A stretch of DNA of 64,000 nucleotides from Lytechinus pictus (Eukaryota), in contig NC_087251.1 in the NCBI RefSeq assembly GCF_037042905.1, positions 41,728,001 to 41,792,000 on the forward strand, read 5' to 3'. Position numbers and translations under genes: made by a program. The notes under the pieces were generated by a model. The model saw only the letters and a list, made by a program, of their open reading frames with translations, did not search any database and was not told the origin of the DNA. Shown in pieces: positions 1-23,200 of this stretch. Numbering within the stretch: the first letter of the stretch is position 1; the number at the start of each line of letters is the position of its first letter.

Positions 1-581
1 AAATTCTGCGTCACCGAGTCTTTTGTTTGAGTACTGTCAACTGTCAAGTCACTCGTAGTTATACGTCACAGTATCAATTTGTGAAAATATTGACAAAATA
101 TTGGCAAACTTTGTTACCGTTTGCGTCTACTCTGAGAAAATCCGAACTTCTCGACAAGCATCGAGAAATCGCAAGTTTACAGGCAGAGGAGCTCCAAATA
201 AGTACCATAAGTAAAATGTGATACCTACCGAATTTGGCATTTCAACCTCCATCTGATACAACTATCTTACCTCTGTCTGCTTGATTTCGTTTCTAAAGCT
301 TTGCAAAATGATCACACTTTTTAAAGTCACATTTTTTAATGAAACTTTTTCAGCCGAGCACGCACGAATCGATCGCCATGGAATTTTGAGATCGCGATAC
401 CAGCGAAACCCTTGACTTACTTTCTAATTCCGTCAAGCGAATTTCACTTTGGGATCTTGCTTTTCGTTTGGTATTCATGATTTTGATTAATTTTGTGTGA
501 ACTCTGAGAAATTTTTGATAGAAAATCAACTTCATTGTAATTTTTGAAATATGCGCAAATAATAGTCACCCCATTAACGTA

Positions 582-1060
582 CAGGGCGAATCCCACTTTC
601 GCCAATATAGGGGGGGGGGGGGGTGGACGATTTCATCCATAATTATTTTCCCTGTTCGGTCGCCCAAAGCTGATTTCATTTTCTTGGTTTCTTTGAAAGG
701 GTACTCCTAACAAAATTATTAGCTTCATTCCTATACCTATAACCAAGATAATCGTGTATCATAAGCCTATAACGTAATAATAGGAGCGGGAAGCACGAGC
801 TATTTTTTGTTGTTGTTGAAACTTTTGTATTCACCCTGAAAAAAATGAACGTTCTGAGCAATATTTGCGATCATGGACAAGATGCGTATGTTACTAGGGC
901 CTAAATAATTACTGAGAGCACGAAGCATGAGCTGAAATGTACAATATACTGACCTGATCGAAAATAGCCTCTTGTCGAGGCAATTACTTTTTTGCCAGTC
1001 CAACCGAGGATTCATAATTTTCACTATGCTTTCGAAGGAAACGCCTGATATACTTGTTTT
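582..1060 (+). mobile_element. Degenerate 5' part of a hAT-like non-autonomous element, same family as 27567-29770
   Basis: Starts CAGGGCGAATCCCACTTTCGCCAATATAG+G-run and continues ctttgaaagggtactcct, co-linear with CAGGGGCGGATCCAGCCTTCGCCAATAG+G-run...ctttgaaggggtagtcct at 27567; interrupted by the 1065 MITE. Confidence 0.55.
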
Positions 1061-1064
1061 ATAT

Positions 1065-2214
1065 AGCCCCAGTCACATATCGACCCCGGACCATCCCGGA
1101 TCTGATCCGGGGTTGTCCGGGGAAAGATCCGTGTTGGCACCTTGGGCATCCTTGGAGGTCCATGGTGGTACGTGTTGGTCCTTGAACGTCCGGGAGGCTA
1201 ACACGGCAGTTTTTGACTGTCAAAAACATCCGGCGTCATCCGTGGACTGCCGTGGACTGCCGGGTGGACAAGCAATCCGAATCCGGGATGGTCCGTGTAA
1301 CTGACATGTTGATCCGCATTGCTGACGTGTAGATCTGTGTAGTTGCCGTGTAGGTCCGTGTAGCTGCCTGGAGTATCCTTAGCAGTCCGTGTTTATTTTA
1401 CATCAATGTTATACGTCGCTGTTTACTTTATGAACTTTTCAGTAGTTGTTAAACAGTTGACATAAACATAATTATGCTTAATTTATTTAGGATTAAATAT
1501 TCAAAATTGAATTTGTTGTTTTAGATTTCAAGTATTTAACAACTACCGTAAAAACAGAATATGTGTGGTATAAATAACAGCGTTTTTATGGTAAAGGAAG
1601 TTTAGAGTTTTGATATTTTTTTGTAATTCACTCAGAAAACAATTACGATGTTGCGACAAGGATGAGAAAAAGAATGAAATAAATAAAACAAAATTCAGCT
1701 CATTTTTATGAGCAGATTTTCATTTCCGTGCTGGTCAATATAGCTGACGTGTTGGTCCGTGTTGCTGACGTGTTGTAACGTGTTGCTGACGTGTTGGTCC
1801 ATATGTAGCTGACGTGTTGGTCCGTGCTGCTGACGTGTTGGTCCGTGTAGCTGACGTGTTGATCCGGGTAGCTGACGTGTTGGTCCGTGTTGCTGACGTG
1901 TTGGTCCGTGTAGCTGACGTGCTGCTGAAGTGTTGTTCCGTGTAGCTGACGTGTTGGTCCGTGTAGCTGACGTGTTGGAATGTATTGCTGACGTGTTTGT
2001 CCGTGTAGCTGACGTGTTGGTCCGTGTTGCTGACGTGTTGGTTCGTGCTGTTGACGTGCTGGTCCGTGTTGCAGACCAGATGATCCGTCACGGTAGATCC
2101 TTGTGTGCTGTCATCAACGCTCGTCGACGCTTAATCCGGGGCAAAACGATCCCGGACCTCCCCGGATCATGCCAGCATTGCCGTGTTGATCCGTGTCTAT
2201 ATGTGACTGGGGCT
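1065..2214. mobile_element. Non-autonomous TIR element (Harbinger-like ends) carrying a 21-bp tandem array
   Basis: Perfect 16-bp TIR AGCCCCAGTCACATAT / ATATGTGACTGGGGCT; subterminal GATCCGG repeats; no clean TSD. Confidence 0.8.
1741..2075. repeat. 21-bp tandem repeat, about 16 units (TAGCTGACGTGTTGGTCCGTG)
   Basis: Directly visible; explains the periodic ORFs 1735..2091 and 1930..2235. Confidence 0.95.
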
Positions 2215-2679
2215 TACCTACTTTCAATAATTTAGAATAAAAGAATCTATGCGCTGAGCTTGCAGAGTCCGCGCTTTGAATGACCTACTTTTCACCAAGC
2301 CACCGTGCTCAGCGGAACGCGAAGTAGTGCCTGCGCCGACACATCACGGGACATGCCTGGGAGAGACTGCTTGCTGACCGAGAGTTTAGCTAAAAAAAAA
2401 GAAGAGTTTTCTGAAATAATGACAAAAAAATATCGATATATCGATGCAGGATTTAATCTATATCATTTAGTGTTTAGTTATCATAAATACTGTTTAGTTT
2501 TTGCATGGATAAAGCATGTATTCATTATGACCAATATTATTGTCCATTATAGAAACATTATTTTACTTTGACATTTTAATTTTCTATGTTCACATTTACT
2601 ATTACCTTGTACCTCTTTGTTCGAATTACTCGATAGATAAGCATGTTTTATTATTGATGTCTTTGTGAACGGTATATCA

Positions 2680-2885
2680 TTTCTTCGTCTTTTTTTTCTT
2701 TTTTTTTCTTAATTCTTCTTCTTCTTTTTCTTCTTATTTTTTCTTCTCTTTCTTCTTCTTCTTCCTTTTCTTCTCCTTCTATTTATTTCTTCTTCTCCTT
2801 CTTCTTCTTCCTTTTCTTCTTCTTCTTCTTCTCCTTCTTATTTCTTCTTCTCCTTATTTCTTTTTCTCCTTCTTCTTCCTCTCAT
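2680..2885. repeat. CTT-rich low-complexity tract
   Basis: Degenerate (CTT)n. Confidence 0.85.
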
Positions 2886-3389
2886 CCCTTCCTCTATGAT
2901 CCCTTTGTAATATTTTACATTGATTTTCCAGTGGCGTATACCGTGGGTCATCATGACATACGGGGGGGGGGCACCAGCAAAAAATTTGAGTCTCTTAGTG
3001 GGCGCGCGAAGCGCGCTCAATGGCCAGGTATACTGACCTAAATAGAGACATTGTTAAGGACTGTGCCATTAAACGGATATGTATCTCACTGATCAAAGTA
3101 ATGCTTGCGTGAAGCGCGAGCTGAAATTTTTTTTTATTCAGACCTAAAAAAGCAGCTTTAAAGCAAATTTTTGTAATCATATACGTACCTGTCTCACAAA
3201 ACAAACCCTTTTTTTTTGCTTGTCAAACTTTTTGGTGGACGAAATGTCCTTAATTTTTGGTTAAAAGCCTTTTTTGGGGGCTTGTCAATTTTTCCTCGAG
3301 AAAATGTGCCCCACCCCCTTCTAGAAAATCCTGAATCCGACCCTGAACAGAAGGTCGTGGGTTCGATCCCGGCGGGCGAGTCACGCCGA

Positions 3390-3582
3390 CACTGCAAAAA
3401 CTCTGGTGTTGATTTAACACCAGCCTGGAATGTCCACACCAGAGAAGACAGTGTTAAACAACACCAGTTTCGTTTTGGTCTAACACCAGATAGTTGTTTA
3501 TACAACACCAATTAGTATTAAAACAGCATCGGTTTGATTCCAAACTGGTGTTGTCTAAATCAACGCCGGAGTTTTTGCAGTG
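3390..3582. mobile_element. CACTG-ended MITE (EnSpm/CMC-like), copy A, inserted in a tRNA-SINE fragment
   Basis: TIR CACTGCAAAAACTC(T/C)GG..TTGATTTA; SINE B-box GGTTCGATCCC just upstream; SINE continuation tacc..aagac..tgggacc downstream. Confidence 0.85.
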
Positions 3583-4547
3583 TACCTATTAAGACTTTAA
3601 ACATGGGACCTAAATATTTTGTTAAAGGAATATTATTTATGTCGTGCATACGCAAGTGAGGACCTTTTTTACTTCTTTTCTTTCTTTATGTTTGTCAACA
3701 TTTTGCCAGAAATAATCTCCAATAAATTATTGGCAGTGAAAACCTTTTAATCCCGGACCCGCCCCATGCAGAAAAACACGCTTCATTTTCACCAATAATT
3801 TTGCCTTTTGCCTTTGCATCTTCACTTACGTTCTGGTTTTTTTTTAATACTCTTTTGGTAATTTATGATAGGCATCCCGCTTCGTTTTCCCAAAGGTTTC
3901 GAAAATACAGGAGAGTAAGCCTATGAACCTCAGTACGGCCTTGCTCAAAAGGGTTACAAGGGATCTTTCCTGATAATGCATGATAGGCCTGACTTGGATC
4001 CGTAGCAGATAAATGACAAAAACTGAAAAATATATTCAAAATATGTATTCGCTCTCTTCGCCATCTCGGGAGATGGCGGTGGGAGCGAACATAATAGATC
4101 CTTTTAAAATGAAAATCTAATTTTCAGATATAGATTTTGCCATGATTCATAAAATAACAATAATTATCTTTCACTTTTTCCTTTCCGCCCATTTCTCTTT
4201 CTCATCCTTTTTTTTTTTGGTCATGGAACTTTTGGCCTGGTCCAGGCAGCCTACTTGAACTAGAGATACCTTAACACACCAAACCTATCACTATACAGAC
4301 TCTAGTCTTATTGAGCAATATTAGGAGTCGTACTCCTTGGCTATTATGTCTACTACGTATTGTGCATGTGACCGAGTGACGGGGGTCAAGAGAAATCCTT
4401 TATAAAAGAACTTTATAAGATTTCTTATACCAAAACAGTTAACAATCACTTTGTAACGTTATCTATAAACTATGTTTCATAATCTTTAATTTTGGAAATA
4501 CGTTACCATGATTTTATCTCAGCTTTTTAATAGGCCTATATAGGGTC

Positions 4548-5847
4548 CAACCGCGTTGCCAGGATTTAATTTTGGAGGGGGCGATAAGTGCACGCGAAGC
4601 GCGCTCCCTAGGGGAGGGTGCAGGGAGGCGCTAAGTTTTAGATATCTCATCAATTTTCGATAAAAAAAAGAACACGAATTCAATTGACTTGCTGTGATTA
4701 AAAACAAAACCTGTTTTCAAAAGAAAAGATGAGCGGCCACAAAATGGGAAAAGATTGAGGAATTCAAAATAATCCCTATTTTTCGCGCGAAAGCTAAGCC
4801 GTTTTATAAAAAAAAATGAGAACAGAAGTGACATAAAATGCCTACCTTAGTCACATCAGATTTGATTGTAAAAACTTTAGCCACATTAGATTTCTTTAAC
4901 TCGCAAAACAGAGTAAAAAGCTGGTATTTGCAGCGAGGAAATATTTCTTCCCGTGAATGGCAAGCTCTGAATTTTATAAATTTCTCTGAAACTTTAACCT
5001 GCTCTAATATTGATATTTCTTAGATAATACGAAAAAAATATAGCTGAAAATGTGAAGGGATGATGAAAGCTAGAAGAGGGACTTTTCTTTTCTCTTTCAC
5101 GCGAAGCACGGAAACTTCTCTGACTTATTTTAGAAGAAAAAAAAATTGTGTAATTTTGCTCATAATATCAAGCGCTTCCTTTTTGTATATATGATTAAGA
5201 AACTTCAGTGATATTCAAAATTGAAATCAATGGCGCAAAACCAAACCAGGACCGGAGATGGATGTGCAGCGATATAGAATATAGTTTCATCGTACCTACT
5301 TTTGCATATAGCACGGCACGAATTTAATGCTCCCTCCTTTGAGCAGATACTTTGCCAACAAATGGCTTGCTGAAAAGCGGAAGAAATATAGCATTTCGGG
5401 AATCGGGGAGTGACGGTATAATAGTTTACCCGCTCTGAAGAGAAGAGCCGAAATTTTGTGTTACTGCAATAAAAAAAAAAAAAGGCCTTCTTATCATACC
5501 ACCCATGTATACTTTAAAAATTTCCTGGCAAGAATGCGATTCGGCTATGGCCGGGAAGGGAAAAGCAGAGTAGAAAAAAAGGTGTGGGAAACAAAGAGGA
5601 AAAGGCAATTCTGATATTTTTTCCCGCGCGGAGCGCAGAAGCAAAATTTTGTGTAAAGAGAGTTCAAAGAACATCTCATTTAGGTTTTTATTATTTTGAC
5701 ATGTTTGACAAAAAAGAAAGAAAGAAAAAAATTCAATAGAGCTATACAGGGCCTACCCTTCTTCCCTTTTCTCCCTTCCCCCCTTTTTTTTCTTTTTGGG
5801 GGCGTTGGGGGGGCTGCCGCTTCCACCGCCCCCCGGCTAGGCGCCTG
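4548..5847. mobile_element. hAT-like non-autonomous element with 8-bp TSD ATAGGGTC
   Basis: ATAGGGTC at 4540-4547 and 5848-5855; imperfect CA..TG termini; internal GCGCGAAGCGC-type motifs. Confidence 0.8.
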
Positions 5848-5999
5848 ATAGGGTCTATAGATTTTACTATTTTGCAATTTACAATTTTAATTATACAATT
5901 TACAATTTTACAATTTGCAATTTTTTATCGTCATGCCTTTTGTTAAACATTAACATGACGATTAGGCCGCCATGTTCGAAGGCCAACCTCCAAATTGTA

Positions 6000-6696
6000 A
6001 TGAGGAGCTTGGAGAGAAAGGGGGAGCAACGGTTCTAGTTGGGGGCGGCGAATTAACGGTTCGCCTCATACCCTACCCGCCCCTCGCCTTCTTGCTTGGA
6101 TGATTTTTACGAAAATTAAGCTTTTAAACTTCGTTCCGGTCTTCGACTTCGATTCTTTATTCTTAATTGTCGAAAAGTGGGTCACCCTCGGGGTCAGCCT
6201 TTTTTTATATTGGTCCAGGCTGTTCAAACCCTATAAATATGGATCTTTAAAATCAACTTGACCCTTGGTTTAATTTTTCCCAAAGAGCTGCCTTGGATCG
6301 ATGCATGCTGCTGCATAGCGCGAAGTGGCGGGTTGAGCTCGTCGCAATGCGCAGTAATATGCCGCATTGCGGAGCAGTGATCTGCCTTTCTCATGCTTTG
6401 CCAATGACTTGCTAACATAGCAATGCAACGCTACCACAAAAAATTTGGGGTATTAATAAACGCCCTCACGGAAATCCGCATTGACTTTGCACTAGTTTTC
6501 AGCTATAACTCCATCTCAGCTCAGCTCAGCATCAGCAGCGCGCCCACGATCTTGAAGACCATCATCTCAATCCATTCGAAGTTGATACTGCGGCGGTAAC
6601 TCATTTGATTTGTACGTTCCATTATTGGAGTGAGAAGTTTGCAACCATCACCTGCTTTTGATTTATACACCATTAACTTCTTAATATTCCAGAAAG
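6000..6696 (+). promoter_or_regulatory. Probable calmodulin promoter/5'UTR (CpG-rich)
   Basis: Local CpG enrichment; GC boxes GGGGCGG (~6042) and CCCGCCCC (~6076); TATAAATA (~6232); CCAAT (6401); directly upstream of the ATG exon. TSS not determinable. Confidence 0.55.
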
Positions 6697-18322
<11,626 letters not shown>

Positions 18323-18705
18323 AGTGGAGGCCTGCCATCCTATGTCTGTCTTGCCTTTCATTCGGACTTTGTATACGCCAATCAGTCATCGGTCAATTTC
18401 ATCTGCGTATTCAACCCCCAACCAATCAATAATATACTGTATATAATACGAGTAATGTGATGACTGAAATAGCCAGGACGTTGTCGATGAGGCGTGATTG
18501 GCCTGAAGGCCCGTTTTGTTTCCCAACACAGATGGCGCTCTTCAATTAATGATCAGCACTCTCAAACCATTGACCTATTATCGAGGTCCATGCTCAAACC
18601 ATGTTAATTAGTCAATAATTTTTCTGTTCCAATTTCTCCAGTCGATATCAACGCATTGCAATGCGCTGATGTTCGTCTCTTTACCCACCACTATTCCCAT
18701 TTTTT

Positions 18706-18995
18706 AATAAATTATTTGTTAACATGATTATTTATTAAATTTGATTTTTAAGAAAATATGTAAATGTTGAAAGACTCGAAATAAATCTATATCTGATGGT
18801 GATAAGAAGATACTCCCATAACATGTACTTGATATGTACATTTCTGTGAAGTGCCTGATGATGTACAATTCTTAGGGGAAAACATTCTTTTTACTTTTTA
18901 GATTTTTCTTTTTTATACTTGTAAAGATTAGTGTACTTCTAATGTTTTGACGAGGATTGTTTACTATTAAAACAAACAAAAAAAGAAACAATAAA
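18706..18995 (+). terminator. Candidate calmodulin polyadenylation signals
   Basis: AATAAA at 18706, 18780 and 18990 in an AT-rich 3'UTR, just before the GGT minisatellite. Confidence 0.45.
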
Positions 18996-19025
18996 ACAAA
19001 CACCTATCTTACATCAGTCATGATA

Positions 19026-20235
19026 GTGGTGGTGATGGTTAGAGTTGAAGATTGTCATGGTGGTATTGGTGGTGGTCACAGATGAAGATTGTCATGGTGG
19101 TGGTGGTCACAGATGAAGATTGTCATGATGGTGTTGGTGGTCACAGATGAAGATTGTCATGGTGGCGGTGGTCACAGATGAAGATTGTCATGGTGGTGGT
19201 GGTGGTGATCACAGGTGAAGATTGTCATGGTGGTGGTGGTGGTGGTGATCACAGGTGAAGATTGTCATGGTGGTGGTTGTGGTCACAGGTGATGTTTGTC
19301 ATGATGGTGGCGGTTACAAGTGAAGATTGTCATGGTGGTGGTGGTGGTGGTGGTGGTGATCACAGGTGAAGATTGTCATGGTGGTGGTGGTTACAAGTGA
19401 AGATTGTCGTGGTGGTGGACAAAGGTGGAGATTGTCATGATGGTGGTGGTGGTCACAGATGAAGATTGTCGTGGTGGTGGTGGTCACAGGTGAAGATTGT
19501 CATGGTGGTGGTGGTCACAGATGAAGATTGACATGGTGGTGGTGGTGATCACATGTGAAGATTTTCATGATGGTGGTGGTGGTCACAGATGAAGATTGTC
19601 ATGGTGGTGGTAGTTACAGGTGAATATTGTCATGATGGTGTTGGTGGTGGTCACATATGGAGATTGTCATGATGGTGGTGGTGATTACAGGTGAAGATTG
19701 TCATGATGGTGGTGGTGGTCATAGGTGAAGATTGTCATGATGGTGGTGGTGGTCACAGGTGAAGATTGGCATGATGGTGGTGGTGGTCACAGATGAAGAT
19801 TGTCATGGTGGTGGTGGTTAGAGGTGAAGATTGTCATGATGGTGGTGGTGTTGGTGGTGATCACAGGTCAAGATTGTCATGATGGTTGTGGTGGTGGTGA
19901 TCACAGGTGAAGATAGTCATGATGGTGGTGGTGGTCACAGATGAAGATTGTCATGGTGGTGGTGGTTACAGATGAAGATTGTCATGGTGGTGGTGATCAC
20001 ACGTGAAGATTGTCATGATGGTGGTGGTCACAGGTGTAGTCATGCTGATGGTGGTGGTGGTCACAGGTGATGATTGTCATGATGGTGGTGGTCACAGGTG
20101 TAGTCATGGTGGTGGTGGTGGTCACATGTAATTATGTCATGATGGTGGCGGGGGTCACAGGTGAAATTGTCATGATGGTGGTAGTGGTAGTTGTCGTATG
20201 TGAAGTTTATTGTGGTGGTGGTGGCCACAGTTAAA
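19026..20235. repeat. About 30-35 bp minisatellite CACAG(A/G)TGAAGATTGTCATG(GTG)n, roughly 35 units
   Basis: Directly visible; unit length varies with the GGT count. Confidence 0.95.
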
Positions 20236-23200
20236 GATTGTGAGAAATATCACATTTTTTGTGGCAGTCAGGACAGGACTTCATGATTGTGTTCCAGCTG
20301 CCCAGTTATCAAATTACTCTAACTTGTTGAAAAGTCGTATCAATAGGCCTATCGCAATAATAATAATGATATTAATAAAATTGATAATAATAATAATGAT
20401 AATAATTGCAGAGTCATTATAACAATGATATTAAAGACAAAATGGTTAGAATTAAAATTGATCTCGTTTGAGTATATTGCCGTTAAGAAAATAAACGGAA
20501 AATAGAGAGGAAAAACTCTTTGAAATGTATATGGCAAGTGTTGACCCAATATTGTCTAACAAAGCCAACTGCAATTTGTCGGGCCAATACGTGGAGAATG
20601 GCGCCAGCTACGGTACGTGTTGCGCTCTAGGAAACTTAGCGATATCATAATTATGTGATGACAATGAAATGAATGGTATACATCTGATCTTTAAAAAAAC
20701 CTCCAAAACATTAAAAATTGAAGCATATTATCGTATCATAATTAGAAATTCAAAATCTAAATTCATAAATTAGATTCAAATCGTCAAAGTTAATTATCAA
20801 ATGAACATAATTCGTAAGGATACCAATTTTTCTTAGAACATGTTTGCATACCTTTTATGTCTGTACATTTTGGTTATTACTTTTGTATTATATCTTGTTT
20901 ATTACTTGAAAACTTTTGTTGTTTTTGTTATGGGGTTTGCTTTTTTTTTGGGGGGGGGGGGTGTTAACATGGGCACATGAAAGACCATCAAGTTGGTGAT
21001 TTGTGCCACGCTGTATAAATATCAGAAATAAATGAATGAATTAGCAGTGATAACAAGAAAACATTGCCGTTGAGAATGACCAGGTTTTGGAAATACCTCC
21101 TTTGATGGAAGCTAGTTATAATGCATTTCTCAAACAGTAATATTGTTTTTCGTTTCGTCTACAAGTTGCCATGTGGTCGATATACATGTAGAAGAAAACG
21201 CCGATTTTGTAATCATTATTATCATTGTTAGAATTGACAAATCATCATTATGATTATTCTTGCTGCTTGTTGTTGTTGTTGCGATGGTGGTGGCGGTTAT
21301 CATCAACAATAGCAACACCAACATTTGCCCACAGGCAAAGATGATATTATTTCAGTATCATAACCTATGTAGAACACTTTGGCTGTACTGTTGCCTTCGT
21401 AAGATAGTTTACTTTGTCGCAAGATGGCGCTTTTTGACGAAAGTAAAACGAGACCCGTGATGCGCTTCCCTGCACAATTTCGGCCAAAAAAGACGCATTG
21501 CGTCTAAATTGTCGGCATTTTTTTTTTTTTTTTTTTTTTTTGCAATGTGCAACTTTCTTCCGCGTATTTATGTGATGAGAAATTTACATTCGTACAGCGT
21601 TTAGTCATGATTAATAGATAAATTGATTGATATGATTGACTGACCTTCAATTTCTTCGATATGTGTTTTAAGCATTCCCCTGAACGAGCAAATCAGTGCT
21701 GTATAAAACCCAGTTCAAACCATAACATACGCACCAAGCAATGCAATATCGTTATCTGTAACAATTTTCTCTCCACTCTAGAATGCCATGCGCTATCAAT
21801 CAAAATTATTCCTTTGCAGCAAGACAAGCAGAGCGATTGATCTTACTCTCTGTTTCAAAAAAATATATTAGAAATATATACGTATTTGTTGTGCATTCAT
21901 TCCTTCACCTTTAAAAACTCTTAGCTTAAAGTAAAATGCAAGGTATTATCACTAGTCGGTTTGCTTTGGGCAATTGACATATAAGGTATTTTCATGACGT
22001 TAATCTTTGTAAGTCTCGTCATGATTTAGGAGGTTTCTTTATTGCGGTGGGGGATATATATCACACAAATCTTTCTAAGTTGAATATCAGGCGTACTTTT
22101 GTTGGTGTTTTTTAACGTACGGTTGATACATGGCCCCTTAGCCGGATTTTTTTTCATAAATGACAATAACGGAATGGAACGACGAAATAACTTGAAATAT
22201 AATCATGTAAAAATACAAAATGTTCTATTTTAACATCCAAAATATGTTTTTATATTTAAGATCATATTATAAGGGAAATTACCAGTACTCTGCTTTCTAC
22301 AATTTAACAAAATTTATATTAGAAAAAAGGGAGATTCAGGGATAAATATATTTCATCGTCGAAGACTATTTTAAGTTTGATATTTTTGTGTCAGAATTTA
22401 AGATAAGGCACCAGATTCATATATTTTATACGGGTGTCACTCTGACGAAAATAACAGATTTCTATTTTTATGGAATTGTTTTAAGGAAATACATAAAAAC
22501 ATTTTGTGATTTTAGTAGCTATAGCTGTAGGAGAGCTGCAGTAGATTTTTGGCGCGTAGAATGTAGACTCGAAATTGAAGACAAAGTTGTTTTCTCGTCA
22601 CGCTTCTATAAGAAGGATTTCAATGGTTTTAATAGACCTTGCCTCTGGGTAGGCTCATTGTGATTGAACAGAAGGGACTTCATCCCCCGAGTTAAGATCT
22701 ACACATCTTTATCTTCTCTCTGGTACTCTCATATCCAGAAAAAGATTAACAAAGCGATTAAGGGTCAGATTAAAGTCTGAACACGATTGTTGTGTGAGAT
22801 GAGATCGAGATTTACACCATAGGATAATCTAAGTAGATGTATGACAAGAGTTCCTCTATCTGCCCTCTGGCAATTTGGTGGCATCTGCCGATTGAATGAT
22901 CGTTTTATTTATAATAATAATTAATTATGAACAGAATAAATCACAACTATTTTATAGTTTTAAGAATCATTCATTTTATTTATAGAAAAGTGGTTTTCTT
23001 AGACCAGGGATAGCCTTCGTAACATACATTATGTTCATTGCCAATATAAGAAACAAACACGAAATTGAAAACAAAGAAAATTAACAGCTAAATTGATTTT
23101 TGCAATAAGGGAACAAAAAGAAGCTTTATATAAAAAAATAAGTTTTTTGGTTTATTTCATTTCAACTCAATTCACCAACAAAGAAAAACGTGATACGGTA

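Noticed and set aside
1735..2235. Periodic ORFs (TDQHVSY / VADVLVR repeats) and a CRISPR-like appearance
   Set aside because: Translations of a 21-bp tandem repeat inside a MITE; no unique spacers, no cas genes, eukaryotic context.
19026..20235. His-rich protein on the minus strand, or a CRISPR array
   Set aside because: Most units contain stops and the variable part is only the GGT count; it is a minisatellite.
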